The notes beneath the pieces were generated by a model, which worked only from the letters and a program-made list of their open reading frames with translations, had not been told where the DNA came from and did no database searches. The translations under genes were made by a program, and so were the position numbers. Of a stretch of DNA of 64,000 bases, positions 1 to 9,638 are shown one piece after another. This DNA is from Vicinamibacterales bacterium (GTDB lineage: Bacteria; Acidobacteriota; Vicinamibacteria; Vicinamibacterales; UBA8438), in NCBI GenBank assembly GCA_965261285.1, contig OZ253457.1:1508511-1572510 (forward strand). Reading direction: 5' to 3'. Position 1 is the stretch's first letter; the number at the start of each line of letters is the position of its first letter.

Positions 1-23
1 GCCGCCGTCCGCCACGGGACGGG

Positions 24-1136
24 ATGCGTGCTCTCATGATTCGACACGAGCTGGAGGCCCGCGAGGCCGAGTACCTCGCGCCCTGGGCGTCGCGGAGCCG
101 GGAGTCGAAGGGGCGGCTCCGGGCCGAGCCCGAGGACCCGATCCGGCCCGCCTTCCAGCGCGACCGCGACCGCATCCTGCACAGCAAGGCGTTCCGCCGG
201 CTCAAGCACAAGACCCAGGTGTTCTTCTCGCCGGCCGGCGACCACTACCGGACGCGCCTCACCCACACGCTCGAGGTGGCGCAGATCGCGCGCACGGTGT
301 CCAAGGTGCTCGGCCTCAACGAGGACCTGACCGAGGCCGTCGCCCTCGGCCACGATCTCGGCCACACGCCCTTCGGGCACGCCGGCGAGGCGGTCCTGGG
401 CCGGCTGATGCCGGGGGGGTTCAACCACTACGGGCACAGCCTGCGGATCGTGGACGTGCTCGAGCGGGACCACCGCGGCCTCAACCTGACCTGGGAGGTC
501 CGGAACGGCATCGCGAAGCACTCGAAGGGCAAGGACGGCGCCCCCCTCGGCGTGGAGCCGTCCCGCCGCGCGGCGACCCTCGAAGGGCAGGTGGCGCGGG
601 TCGCGGACATGATCGCCTACGTCAACCACGACATCGACGACGCGGTCCGCGCCGGCGTGATCGACACGTCCGATCTGCCCGCGGCCCCGCTGGAGCGGCT
701 CGGCCGTACTTCGTCCGAGCGCATCGGGGCGCTGGTGTCCGACGTGGTGACCGCGACCCGGGCGACGAGGCCCGACGTCGAGCTCCGCATGAGCGCGCCG
801 GTCCTCGAGGCGCTGACGGCGTTGCGGGCGTTCCTGTTCGAGGCGGTGTACGAGAACCGCGTCGCCACCGCCGAGATGGCGAAGGCCTCCGGCATCATCG
901 GCGGGCTCTGGGAGCGGGTGCGTCGGACGCCGGAGGCGTTTCTCGACTCCCGCACGGTGGAATCGGACGGGATCGATGCGGCGGCGCGGGACTTCATCGC
1001 GGGAATGACGGATCGCTTCGCGGTCCACCTGTACAAGCGCCTGTTCATCCCCCGACCCTGGGTGCCGGGGGCCGCCGGCCGGGAGGACGCGAGACCGGGC
1101 GGTTCGGGGCGGGGAGATTTCCCCCTTTGGATGTAA
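24..1136 (+). CDS. dgt: dGTP triphosphohydrolase-like HD-domain phosphohydrolase
   Basis: 370-aa ORF from ATG 24. It carries 'FQRDRDRILHSKAFRRLKHKTQVF' and 'HYRTRLTHTLEVAQIAR...GHDLGHTPFGH' HD-domain motifs typical of Dgt-like proteins. Confidence 0.85.
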   Translation: MRALMIRHELEAREAEYLAPWASRSRESKGRLRAEPEDPIRPAFQRDRDRILHSKAFRRLKHKTQVFFSPAGDHYRTRLTHTLEVAQIARTVSKVLGLNEDLTEAVALGHDLGHTPFGHAGEAVLGRLMPGGFNHYGHSLRIVDVLERDHRGLNLTWEVRNGIAKHSKGKDGAPLGVEPSRRAATLEGQVARVADMIAYVNHDIDDAVRAGVIDTSDLPAAPLERLGRTSSERIGALVSDVVTATRATRPDVELRMSAPVLEALTALRAFLFEAVYENRVATAEMAKASGIIGGLWERVRRTPEAFLDSRTVESDGIDAAARDFIAGMTDRFAVHLYKRLFIPRPWVPGAAGREDARPGGSGRGDFPLWM

Positions 1137-1154
1137 CGGGAAGGAAACCTTGGT

Positions 1155-1160
1155 TATAAT
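1155..1160 (+). promoter_or_regulatory. Perfect TATAAT -10-like hexamer in a locally AT-rich gap upstream of yceD-rpmF
   Basis: 'ccttggtTATAATgcgg' lies between the dgt stop (1136) and the DUF177 coding region. I found no convincing -35 element, so this rests on the -10 match only. Confidence 0.3.
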
Positions 1161-1215
1161 GCGGGATTCGTCCGGCGCCCGGTCCTTGAGCCGGTCACCA
1201 CCGTGGTCGGGGTCG

Positions 1216-1800
1216 ATGGAGATGGAGCCGAGGGCGGTCGGGGCGGTCGGGGCGGTGACGTCCGCGTACCTCGATCTGCGGGCCGTCGAGGGGCCGCGGA
1301 CCGACGTCCGCCGGCGGTTCCCGGCCGGGTCGCTGACCGCGGACGGGGGCCGGCAGTATCGGGTGCCGGAGGTCGTCACCCTCGATCTGCTGGTTTCGAA
1401 GGGAGGAAGCGACTATCGGCTGTCGGGTCGGATCGAGGGCGAGCTGGAGCTCGACTGCAGCCGCTGCCTCGAGCCGTTCCGCCTCGACGCCGGGGTCGAC
1501 GTGGATCTCCTGTATCTGCCGGCCTCCGAGAACCGCGGGGACGGCGAGGTCCGCATCGAGGAAGAGGACCTGAGCACCGCGTTCTACCGGGACGAGCGGA
1601 TCGACCTGAGGCACCTCGTTCAGGAGCAGTTCCAGCTCGCGTTGCCCATGAAGCCGCTGTGCCGCGCGGCGTGCCGGGGGCTCTGCGCGGTGTGCGGGGG
1701 CAACCGGAACACGGCGCCGTGTCGATGCGCCGACGAGTGGGTGGACCCCAGGCTGGCGGGGCTGAAGCGGCTCCTGGAGCGAGAGGAGTCGGCGCCGTAG
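1216..1800 (+). CDS. yceD: DUF177 / YceD-family protein (23S rRNA accumulation protein)
   Basis: C-terminal 'LALPMKPLCRAACRGLCAVCGGNRNTAPCRC' Cys cluster, and the position immediately upstream of rpmF is the conserved yceD-rpmF synteny. The start is uncertain: ATG 1216 is chosen because it lies downstream of the TATAAT, and ATG 1159 and TTG 1150 are in-frame alternatives. Confidence 0.7.
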   Translation: MEMEPRAVGAVGAVTSAYLDLRAVEGPRTDVRRRFPAGSLTADGGRQYRVPEVVTLDLLVSKGGSDYRLSGRIEGELELDCSRCLEPFRLDAGVDVDLLYLPASENRGDGEVRIEEEDLSTAFYRDERIDLRHLVQEQFQLALPMKPLCRAACRGLCAVCGGNRNTAPCRCADEWVDPRLAGLKRLLEREESAP

Positions 1801-1823
1801 GACGGCGCGGACTCGAGAATCAC

Positions 1824-2006
1824 ATGGCCAATCCAAAGCGACGTCATTCCAAGTCACGCACGGCGAAGCGCCGCACGCATCAGAACCTCGACCCGGTCCA
1901 GTTGGGCAGGTGCCCGCAGTGTCACGAGCGGAGGCCGCCGCATCAGGTGTGCCCCTACTGCGGCTACTACCGCGGCCGCCAGGTGCGGCCCGTCAAGGAG
2001 GCCTGA
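1824..2006 (+). CDS. rpmF: 50S ribosomal protein L32
   Basis: 60 aa: 'MANPKRRHSKSRTAKRRTHQNL...CPQCHERRPPHQVCPYCGYYRGRQV'. This is the canonical L32 N-terminus and zinc ribbon. It is the in-frame tail of track ORF 1203..2006. Confidence 0.92.
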   Translation: MANPKRRHSKSRTAKRRTHQNLDPVQLGRCPQCHERRPPHQVCPYCGYYRGRQVRPVKEA

Positions 2007-2056
2007 CAGGCTGACCCTCGCGGTCGCGGTCGTTCGCCCGTCGTCGAAGCCAGTCG

Positions 2057-2986
2057 ATGATCGCATTCGTATTTCCGGGCCAGGGTTCGCAGCACGTGGG
2101 CATGGGGCGGGCGCTCGCCGACCGTTTTCCCGAGTGCCGCGAGACGTTCGAGCAGGCCGATGCCGCGCTCGGGGTCGGCATCAGCGGCCTCTGCTTCGAG
2201 GGGCCGGCCGAGCGGCTCGTGCTGACCGAGCACACCCAGCCCGCGCTGCTCACCGTCTCGACGGCGGCGGCCCGGGCGCTGACGAGCCGGGGGGTGCGGC
2301 CCGGCTGGCTGGCCGGCCACAGCCTCGGCGAGTACTCCGCCCACGTGGCGGCGGGGACGCTGTCGTTCGGCGACGCGGTGCGCACGGTCTGCAACCGGGG
2401 CCGCTACATGCAGGAGGCGGTGCCGGTGGGCGACGGGGCCATGGCCGCTGTGATGGGGCTGGAGGCGCAACTGGTGGATCAGGCGTGCCGCGAGGCGGCG
2501 GGGGAGCAGGTGGTGAGCGCCGCCAACCTCAATGCCCCGGGGCAGGTCGTCATCGCCGGCGCGGCCGACGCGGTGCGGCGGGCCGGCGACCGCGCGAGGG
2601 CGCTCGGCGCGAGGCGGGTCCGTGCCCTGCCCGTCAGCGCCCCGTTTCACTGCGCGCTGATGCAGCCGGCGCAGGATCGGCTCGAGCGGGACCTGCGCGC
2701 CCTCGTGGTCTCCGATCCGGCCATCCCCGTGGTGGCCAACCTCGACGCGGAGCCGAAGCGCGCCGCCGCCGCCGCGGTCTCCGCCCTCGTGGATCAGGTG
2801 ACGGCGCCCGTCCGGTGGGAGCAGGTCGTCCGGCGCCTTGCGTCGGAAGGGGTCGACACGTATGTTGAGGTGGGTCCGGGCAACGTGTTGAGCGGCCTCA
2901 TCAAGCGCATCGACAGGGGCGCGCGCCTGCTGTCGGTCGCGGATCCGGACGGCGTCGACCGGGCGGTGGCGGCCCTCGCGGCGTGA
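2057..2986 (+). CDS. fabD: Malonyl-CoA:ACP transacylase
   Basis: 'MIAFVFPGQGSQHVGMG' N-terminus, 'GHSLGEYSA' active-site serine motif, and fab cluster context. Confidence 0.95.
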   Translation: MIAFVFPGQGSQHVGMGRALADRFPECRETFEQADAALGVGISGLCFEGPAERLVLTEHTQPALLTVSTAAARALTSRGVRPGWLAGHSLGEYSAHVAAGTLSFGDAVRTVCNRGRYMQEAVPVGDGAMAAVMGLEAQLVDQACREAAGEQVVSAANLNAPGQVVIAGAADAVRRAGDRARALGARRVRALPVSAPFHCALMQPAQDRLERDLRALVVSDPAIPVVANLDAEPKRAAAAAVSALVDQVTAPVRWEQVVRRLASEGVDTYVEVGPGNVLSGLIKRIDRGARLLSVADPDGVDRAVAALAA

Positions 2987-3741
2987 CCGGGAGCACCATG
3001 TCCGGCCCCCTGGCGGATCGGGTCGCCATCGTCACCGGCGCCTCGCGCGGCATCGGGCGGGCGGCGGCGAGGCGGCTGGCGGCGGCCGGGGCGGCGGTGG
3101 TGGCGGCGGCGCGCGGCGATCATGCCGATGCGGTCGCCGAGGAGATCCGGGGCGCCGGGGGCAGGTCGGTCGCGGTGAGCGCCGACGTCACCGACCCGGG
3201 GCGCGTCGACGCGATGGTCCGGACCGCGCTCGACGAGTACGGCCGCGTCGACGTGCTGGTCAACAACGCGGGCATCGTGCGCGATCAGCTCGCGCTCAGG
3301 ATGTCGGCGGCCGACTGGGACGCGGTGGTCGCCACGAACCTGACGGCGGCGTTCAACTGCGCGCGCGCGGTGTTGCGGCCCATGATCCGGCAACGCGGCG
3401 GCCGCATCATCAACGTGGGCTCGGTCGTCGGTCGGATGGGCAATCCCGGACAGGCCAACTACGCGGCGTCCAAGGCGGGTCTGGAGGGGTTCTCGAGGGC
3501 CCTGGCACGGGAGGTCGCCTCGCGCGGGATCACCGTGAACGTGGTGGCCCCCGGCATGATCGACACCGACATGACGGCGAAGCTGGGCGAGCCGGTGCAG
3601 GCGGCGATGCTCGCGCAGATACCGATGGGCCGGCTGGGAACGACCGAGGACGTCGCGGGCGCCATCGGTTTTCTGGCGTCCGACGAGGCCGCGTACGTGA
3701 CGGGGCACGTGCTCGCGGTGAACGGTGGAATGTACATGTAG
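2983..3741 (+). CDS. fabG: 3-oxoacyl-ACP reductase (SDR)
   Basis: 'VAIVTGASRGIG' Rossmann motif, 'NYAASKAG' YxxxK catalytic motif, and 'YVTGHVLAVNGGMYM' C-terminus. GTG 2983 overlaps the fabD stop (GTGA). ATG 2998 is an alternative start. Confidence 0.9.
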   Translation: MTGSTMSGPLADRVAIVTGASRGIGRAAARRLAAAGAAVVAAARGDHADAVAEEIRGAGGRSVAVSADVTDPGRVDAMVRTALDEYGRVDVLVNNAGIVRDQLALRMSAADWDAVVATNLTAAFNCARAVLRPMIRQRGGRIINVGSVVGRMGNPGQANYAASKAGLEGFSRALAREVASRGITVNVVAPGMIDTDMTAKLGEPVQAAMLAQIPMGRLGTTEDVAGAIGFLASDEAAYVTGHVLAVNGGMYM

Positions 3742-3752
3742 GAGGCGAGTGA

Positions 3753-3992
3753 ATGGCGGTTGCTGAAAAGGTGAAGAGCATCATCGTGGAGCAGCTCGGT
3801 GTCGACGAGGAAGAGGTGACGTCGGACGCGTCGTTCGTGGACGACCTCGGGGCCGACTCGCTCGACACGGTGGAGCTCGTGATGGCGTTCGAAGAGGAGT
3901 TCGGCCTCGAGATTCCCGACGAGGACGCGGAGAAGATCACCCGCGTCAAGGAGGCCGTGGAGTACATCGAGACGCACTCGAAGAAGAAGTAG
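3753..3992 (+). CDS. acpP: Acyl carrier protein
   Basis: 79 aa with the '[20 protein letters not shown]' phosphopantetheine-attachment motif. A GGAGG lies upstream of the ATG. Confidence 0.95.
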   Translation: MAVAEKVKSIIVEQLGVDEEEVTSDASFVDDLGADSLDTVELVMAFEEEFGLEIPDEDAEKITRVKEAVEYIETHSKKK

Positions 3993-4009
3993 GGGCGGTC
4001 CCGACGGGA

Positions 4010-5257
4010 GTGACTGTGAGCAGGCGGGTTGTGGTGACGGGCGTCGGCCTCGTGTCGCCGCTCGGTATCGGTACGTCGGCGACCTGGGAGGCGCTGTGCG
4101 CGGGCCGGAGCGGGATCGGCCCGATCACGAAGTTCGACGCCTCGGGCTACGCGGCGCGCATCGCCGGCGAGGTGCAGGGGTTCGATCCGCTCGCCTTCGT
4201 CTCCAGGAAGGACGTCAAGAAGATGGACGTCTTCATCCAGTACGCCATCGCCGCCGCCGATTTCGCGCGGGCCGATGCGCAACTGGAGGTGACGCCGGAC
4301 GTCGCGCCCCGCGTGGGGGTCTACATCGCCTCGGGCATCGGCGGGTTCAGCACCATCGAGCGCGAGCACCAGGCGCTGCTGAAGGGCGGGCCGCGCAAGA
4401 TCTCGCCCTTCTTCATCCCCGCTGCAATCATCAACCTCGCGGCCGGCCAGGTGTCCATTCGCCTCGGCGCCAAGGGGCCGAACTCGGCGACCTGCACCGC
4501 CTGCTCGGCGTCGGCGCACGCCGTCGGCGACGCCTTCGAGACGATCCGGCGGGGCGACGCGGACGTCATGGTGGCGGGAGGCTCCGAGGCCGCCATCACT
4601 CCCATGGGCGTGGGCGGGTTCGCGGCGATGCGCGCCCTGTCGACCCGCAACGACGAGCCGACCCGCGCGTGCCGCCCCTTCGACCGCGAGCGTGACGGGT
4701 TCATCATCGGAGAGGGCGCGGGCGTGGTGATTCTCGAGGAGCGCGGCCGGGCGCTGGAGCGGGGGGCGCCGGTGTACGCCGAGCTCGTCGGATACGGCAT
4801 GTCCGCGGACGCCCATCACGTCACCGCGCCGGCCGAGGACGGCGACGGCGCCCTCCGCGTGATGCGGGCGGCCGTCGACCAGGCGGGCATCGCGCCCGAC
4901 GAGGTCGACTACGTCAACGCGCACGGCACCTCCACGCCGTTCAACGACCGCATCGAGACGCTGGCCATCAGGCGGTGCTTCGGGGACCATGCCGACCGCC
5001 TCGCGGTGTCGTCGACGAAGTCGATGACCGGTCACCTGCTCGGGGCGGCGGGCGGGGTCGAGGCCGGGATCGTGGCGTTGACGATGCGGGAGCAGGTCAT
5101 TCCCCCGACCATCAACCTCGAGAACCCCGACCCGGACTGCGACCTCGACTACGTGCCCAACGCGAAGCGACCGGCCGCGTTGGAGTACGCCCTGTCCAAC
5201 TCGTTCGGATTCGGGGGGACCAACGCCTCGCTGCTGTTCAGACGCCACCATGCCTGA
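4010..5257 (+). CDS. fabF: 3-oxoacyl-ACP synthase II
   Basis: 'RRVVVTGVGLVSPLG' N-terminus, 'ATCTACSASAHAVG' active-site Cys, 'NAHGTSTPFND', and 'SNSFGFGGTNASLLF' C-terminus. Confidence 0.95.
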   Translation: MTVSRRVVVTGVGLVSPLGIGTSATWEALCAGRSGIGPITKFDASGYAARIAGEVQGFDPLAFVSRKDVKKMDVFIQYAIAAADFARADAQLEVTPDVAPRVGVYIASGIGGFSTIEREHQALLKGGPRKISPFFIPAAIINLAAGQVSIRLGAKGPNSATCTACSASAHAVGDAFETIRRGDADVMVAGGSEAAITPMGVGGFAAMRALSTRNDEPTRACRPFDRERDGFIIGEGAGVVILEERGRALERGAPVYAELVGYGMSADAHHVTAPAEDGDGALRVMRAAVDQAGIAPDEVDYVNAHGTSTPFNDRIETLAIRRCFGDHADRLAVSSTKSMTGHLLGAAGGVEAGIVALTMREQVIPPTINLENPDPDCDLDYVPNAKRPAALEYALSNSFGFGGTNASLLFRRHHA

Positions 5258-5309
5258 GGGCCCGTGCCCCGCGCCGGACCGGGTACGGCGCGGGGTATCG
5301 GCACGGGCC
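5258..5309 (+). terminator. Long GC-rich interrupted stem-loop immediately after the fabF stop
   Basis: GGGCCCGTGCC (5258-5268) pairs with GGCACGGGCCC (5299-5309). An inner CCGCGCCG (5269-5276) pairs with CGGCGCGG (5286-5293), leaving a 9-nt loop. There is no U-tract, so it may be a terminator or a processing structure. Confidence 0.4.
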
Positions 5310-5356
5310 CTCGATGCCGGCGAAGCCGCGTCGCGCGAGAACGAGAAGAGGAACGG

Positions 5357-6118
5357 ATGAAGATCGCCGTCTGCGTGAAGCAGGTCGTCACTCGCGAGTG
5401 GCCGCTGCGGGTCGACGAGGCCCGCACCTGGGTCGAGGACCGGGACGCCAGCTTCGAGATGAACGAGCCCGACGCCTACGCCCTCGAGGAGGCGCTGCGG
5501 CTCAAGGAGCAGCACGGCGGCGAGGTGGTGGTGTGCTCCGCCGGCCCCGCGCGGACCGCCCAGGTGGTGCGGGAAGCCCTGGCGCGCGGGGCGGACCGGG
5601 CGATACGGGTCGAGGGCGACGGCCTCGCCGCCGCGGACGCGTCCATGGTCGCCGGGGCCCTCGCCGGGGCCGTCCGCGACGAGGGGTTCGACCTCGTCCT
5701 GACCGGGCTGCAGTCGGACGACCAGGGGTTCGCCCAGACCGGCGTCGTCCTCGCCGAGCTGCTCGGCATCGCCCACGCCACCATCATCATGGAGGTGCAG
5801 GTGGCCGACGGGCGGCTGCGGGTGAAGCGCGAGCTCGAGGGCGGCTGGTTCCAGTGGGTGTCGATGCCCACGCCGGCCCTGCTGACGATTCAGAGCGGCA
5901 TCAACCAGCTCCGCTACGCGACCCTGAAGGGCATCATGGCCGCGAAGCGGAAGGAGGTGCGCGTCGTCGAGGCGGCCGCCGATCTCGCGCCGAGTCAGGA
6001 GATTCTCGAGATTCGGGTGCCGGAGAAGACCAAGCAGACGCGGATGATCGACGGATCCCCGGCCGACGCGGCGGCCGAGCTGGTCAAGGCGCTGCGCGAA
6101 GAGGCGCGGGTGCTCTGA
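5357..6118 (+). CDS. etfB: Electron transfer flavoprotein beta subunit
   Basis: 'MKIAVCVKQV' start (ATG 5357, inside track ORF 5264..6118) and ETF-beta-like sequence throughout, followed by etfA. Confidence 0.9.
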   Translation: MKIAVCVKQVVTREWPLRVDEARTWVEDRDASFEMNEPDAYALEEALRLKEQHGGEVVVCSAGPARTAQVVREALARGADRAIRVEGDGLAAADASMVAGALAGAVRDEGFDLVLTGLQSDDQGFAQTGVVLAELLGIAHATIIMEVQVADGRLRVKRELEGGWFQWVSMPTPALLTIQSGINQLRYATLKGIMAAKRKEVRVVEAAADLAPSQEILEIRVPEKTKQTRMIDGSPADAAAELVKALREEARVL

Positions 6119-6263
6119 CCCCGCCCCCGGAGCCCGGGCCGGGACACGGCGCGGACTCCTGGAGGTCGGTCGGCGGTGAGCCGCGGGCGATGCTCTCCTG
6201 GAGGTTGGTTGGGCGCCAGGCGGAGCCGATGGCGACGACAGGCAGCGAAGTGAGCGTACCGAC

Positions 6264-7229
6264 ATGGTGCTGGTGATCGCGGAGCAACGAGACGGCGTCC
6301 TCAACAACGCGAGCCGGGAAGCCCTGGTGGCGGCCCAGCAGATCGGCCGGCCGGTGCGGGTCGCCGTCGCCGGCGCCGGCGCGGACCTCGGCGCGGTCGG
6401 CGGCGAGCTGGCCGCGGCCGACGTCGAGTCGGTCCTCACCGTCGACCACCCCGATCTCGCGGCGTATACCCCCGACGGCTTCGTGGCCGCGTTCGCGGCG
6501 GTGGTCGCGGACGCCGCCCCCGACCTCGTCTTCCTCGCCCACACCTATCAGACCCGCGATTTCGCCCCCCGGCTCGCGGCGCGGCTCGGCCGCTCGTTCA
6601 TCGCCGACTGCGTGGGGGTCAGGCCGCGGGACGGACGCCTCGCGTTGGTGCGTCCGATGTTCCAGGGGAAGTTCGTGGCCGACGTGGCCCCCACCGGCCC
6701 CGCGCCGCACTTCGTCAGCTTCCAGATCGGCGCGTTCCGGCCCGACGCGCTGAAGCGGGGGGCGGCCCCGGCGCCGGTCGCCGGTTTCTCGCCGACCCTG
6801 GAGCCGGGCGCCATACGCCAGTCGGTGGAAGCGCCGTTCCAGGAGGCGAAGCAGGCCGTCGACCTCACCCAGGCCGAGCGCATCGTGGCGGTGGGGCGCG
6901 GCATCAAGGCCCAGGAGCACCTGAATCTCGTCGAGTCCCTCGCCGCCGCCCTCGGGGCCGAGGTCGCGGCGTCGCGGCCCATCTGCGACTCCGGTTGGCT
7001 GCCCATGGACCGCCAGATCGGCAGCTCGGGCCAGACCGTCGCCCCGAAGCTCTATCTGGCCCTGGGCATCTCCGGCGCCATCCAGCACCTCGTGGGCATG
7101 AAGGGCTCCCGCACCATCGTGGCCGTGAACAAGGACGCCGAGGCGCCCATCTTCGAGGTCGCCGACTATGGCATCGTGGGTGACCTGTTCGACGTGGTCC
7201 CCGCGATAATCGCCGCCCTCGACGCCTGA
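6264..7229 (+). CDS. etfA: Electron transfer flavoprotein alpha subunit
   Basis: '[11 protein letters not shown]' start and C-terminal FAD-binding region '[49 protein letters not shown]'. Confidence 0.9.
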   Translation: MVLVIAEQRDGVLNNASREALVAAQQIGRPVRVAVAGAGADLGAVGGELAAADVESVLTVDHPDLAAYTPDGFVAAFAAVVADAAPDLVFLAHTYQTRDFAPRLAARLGRSFIADCVGVRPRDGRLALVRPMFQGKFVADVAPTGPAPHFVSFQIGAFRPDALKRGAAPAPVAGFSPTLEPGAIRQSVEAPFQEAKQAVDLTQAERIVAVGRGIKAQEHLNLVESLAAALGAEVAASRPICDSGWLPMDRQIGSSGQTVAPKLYLALGISGAIQHLVGMKGSRTIVAVNKDAEAPIFEVADYGIVGDLFDVVPAIIAALDA

Positions 7230-8893
7230 TGGAGCGCGAAACCCTCGAGGTCGACGTGCTGGTCGTCGGCGGCGGCCCGGCCGGCATGTCCGCCGCCATC
7301 CGCCTCGCCGCCCTCCAGCGGCAGCACGGGGGCGAGCCCCTCGCCGTCGCGGTGCTCGAGAAGTCGCGCCAGAGCGGCTCGCACATGCTGTCGGGGGCGG
7401 TGCTCGACCCGTCGGGCCTCGACGCCCTGCTGCCCGACTGGAAGGAGCGCGGGGCGCCGGTGGAGACGCCGGTGCGGCAGGACCGCATCTACTACCTCAC
7501 CGCGAAGTCCCGGCTTCGGGCGCCGATCACCCCGCCGCCCCTGCGCAACCACGGGAACTACGTCATCTCCCTCAACCGGTTCGTCCGCTGGCTCGCGGAG
7601 CAGGCGGAGGCGGAGGGCGTCGACGTCTTCACCGGGTTCGCGGGCACCGAGGTGCTGTACGACGGCGACCGGGTGGTCGGAGTGCGGACCGGCGACCGCG
7701 GGGTCGACAAGGCGGGTCGGCCGAAGGGGGCCTTCGAGCCGGGCGTCGACATCCGGGCCGCCGTCACCATCTTCGCCGACGGGGTCCGGGGCAACCTCAC
7801 CAAGCGCCTCGTGCGCCGGCACGGGCTCGACGCCGGGGCGCCGCAGACCTACGCCCTCGGCATCAAGGAGCTCTGGCAGATTCCGCCGGGGCGGGAGGAG
7901 CCGGGCACCGTCGTGCACACGCTCGGGTACCCGCTGCGCCACGAGGAGTTCGGCGGCGGCTTCATCTACGTGCTGCCGGAAGGGCGCGTCGCGATCGGGC
8001 TGGTGGTGGGGCTCGACTACCGGGACCCGCGGTTCGATCCCCACATGGCGTTCCAGCGCTTCAAGCAGCATCCCCTCGTGGCCGACCTCCTCGCCGGCGG
8101 CGAGATGACCCGGTACGGCGCGAAGGCGCTGCCCGAGGGCGGCTGGTACGCCATTCCCCGGTGCCATCTCGACGGGGCGCTCATCGTCGGCGACGCCGCG
8201 GGCTTCCTCAACTCGATGCGGCTGAAGGGCATCCACCTCGCGATGCACAGCGGCATCCACGCCGCCGACGCCGCATTCGCGGCGGTGCGGGCCGGCGACG
8301 TGTCGGCCGCCGGGCTCGTCAGGTACCGCGAGCTCATCAACCACGGCGGCATCCGCCGCGAGCTCTACCCGGTGCGCAACGTCCATCAGGCGTTCGGGGC
8401 GGGGCTGGCCGCGGGCACCGCCGTGGCGGGGCTGGCGTGGCTGACGGGGGGCCGGTGGCCGGCGCGGCCGCTGTCGAGCGAGCCCGGCCACGAGCGGCTG
8501 GCGTCGCTGGCGGGCTACCATCCCGGCACCCCCGCCGATCCCGACACGCCGAGCAACGCCGTCAAGGTGGACCGCGCGCTGACCTTCGACAAGCTCACCA
8601 ACGTGCACTACTCGGGGACCCGCCACGACGAGGACCAGCCGGTCCATCTCCTCGTGCAGGACACCGACGTCTGCCGCACCCGCTGCCGCGAGGAGTACGG
8701 CAACCCGTGCGTGCGGTTCTGCCCCGCCAACGTCTACGAGATGGTCGACGACGGGACCGGGAACGGCCGCCGGCTGCAGATCAACGCGTCGAACTGCGTG
8801 CACTGCAAGACCTGCGACATCATGGACCCCTACCAGATCATCGACTGGGTGCCGCCCGAGGGCGGCGGCGGCCCCGAGTACGAAGGGATGTAG
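7229..8893 (+). CDS. Electron-transfer-flavoprotein:ubiquinone oxidoreductase (ETF-QO)
   Basis: 'DVLVVGGGPAGMSAAIRL' FAD motif and C-terminal ferredoxin-like 'CVRFCPANVYEM...NCVHCKTCDIMDP...WVPPEGGGGPEY'. The ATG overlaps the etfA stop. Confidence 0.9.
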   Translation: MERETLEVDVLVVGGGPAGMSAAIRLAALQRQHGGEPLAVAVLEKSRQSGSHMLSGAVLDPSGLDALLPDWKERGAPVETPVRQDRIYYLTAKSRLRAPITPPPLRNHGNYVISLNRFVRWLAEQAEAEGVDVFTGFAGTEVLYDGDRVVGVRTGDRGVDKAGRPKGAFEPGVDIRAAVTIFADGVRGNLTKRLVRRHGLDAGAPQTYALGIKELWQIPPGREEPGTVVHTLGYPLRHEEFGGGFIYVLPEGRVAIGLVVGLDYRDPRFDPHMAFQRFKQHPLVADLLAGGEMTRYGAKALPEGGWYAIPRCHLDGALIVGDAAGFLNSMRLKGIHLAMHSGIHAADAAFAAVRAGDVSAAGLVRYRELINHGGIRRELYPVRNVHQAFGAGLAAGTAVAGLAWLTGGRWPARPLSSEPGHERLASLAGYHPGTPADPDTPSNAVKVDRALTFDKLTNVHYSGTRHDEDQPVHLLVQDTDVCRTRCREEYGNPCVRFCPANVYEMVDDGTGNGRRLQINASNCVHCKTCDIMDPYQIIDWVPPEGGGGPEYEGM

Positions 8894-8894
8894 C

Positions 8895-9584
8895 GTGGGC
8901 GCCGGCTCGGGCGCGGCCCCCTCCTCTCTCACCCCCTGGCAGCTCGCCCGGGCCCGGACCATCGCCGGGGTCGGCGCCCCCCTCATCGGTCTGCTCTGCC
9001 GCACCCTGCGCTGGCGCGTCGAGGGCATGGAGCACCACGAGGCCATCGCGGCGAGCGGGCGCCAGCCCGTCTTCGCGTTCTGGCACGGGCGCATCCTGCC
9101 CGCGACGTACTTCTGGCGCGGCCGCGGCATCGTGGTCATGACGAGCCGGAACTTCGACGGCGAGTGGATCGCCCGCATCATCCGGCGCTTCGGCTACGGC
9201 ACCGCCCGGGGGTCGACCTCCCGCGGCGCCCGGCGCGCCCTGATCCAGCTCAAGCGGGACGTTGCGGCGGGGCGTCCCGCCGCCTTCACCGTCGACGGCC
9301 CGCGCGGGCCGGCGCGCCGCGTCCAGCCGGGCGCGGTGTGGCTCGCCGGGGTGACCGGCAGCCCCATCCTGCCCTTCCACATCGAGGCCGAGCGCCACTG
9401 GTCGGCCTCGAGCTGGGACCGGACCCAGGTTCCCCGGCCGTTCAGCACGATGGCGGTGGCCATCGGCGCCCCGTTCGACGTGCCCGACCCGTCGGAGGAC
9501 GGCGTGGTCGAGGCGCATCGAGCCGCCCTCGAGGATGTGCTCTCCACGCTCGTCGACCGCACGGCGGAGATGCTGCGCAAGTAG
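8895..9584 (+). CDS. DUF374-domain protein (lysophospholipid acyltransferase-like)
   Basis: 'FAFWHGRILPATYF...VVMTSRNFDGEWIARIIRRFGYGTARGSTSRGARRAL...FTVDGPRGPARRVQPGAVWLA' matches my recollection of DUF374. The GTG start lies 1 nt after the ETF-QO stop. Confidence 0.7.
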   Translation: MGAGSGAAPSSLTPWQLARARTIAGVGAPLIGLLCRTLRWRVEGMEHHEAIAASGRQPVFAFWHGRILPATYFWRGRGIVVMTSRNFDGEWIARIIRRFGYGTARGSTSRGARRALIQLKRDVAAGRPAAFTVDGPRGPARRVQPGAVWLAGVTGSPILPFHIEAERHWSASSWDRTQVPRPFSTMAVAIGAPFDVPDPSEDGVVEAHRAALEDVLSTLVDRTAEMLRK

Positions 9585-9638
9585 GCGGGGTCTGCGGCGA
9601 GCGCCAGTCGGAGTATTGCGGAGCGACCCGAGTCGGCG

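Noticed and set aside
3530-6544. Very long antisense or alternative-frame ORFs. Examples are 3530..6544 (-, 1004 aa), 7166..9181 (-), 33135..36554 (+, 1139 aa), 34102..36528 (-), 37587..40721 (+), 40845..43805 (-), 46201..49332 (+), 49701..53399 (+) and 56175..59978 (-).
   Set aside because: Their translations are dominated by Arg/Pro/Gly/Ala runs with no recognisable motifs. Each overlaps a gene in another frame or strand that has clear family signatures. Long stop-free alternative frames are expected in high-GC DNA.
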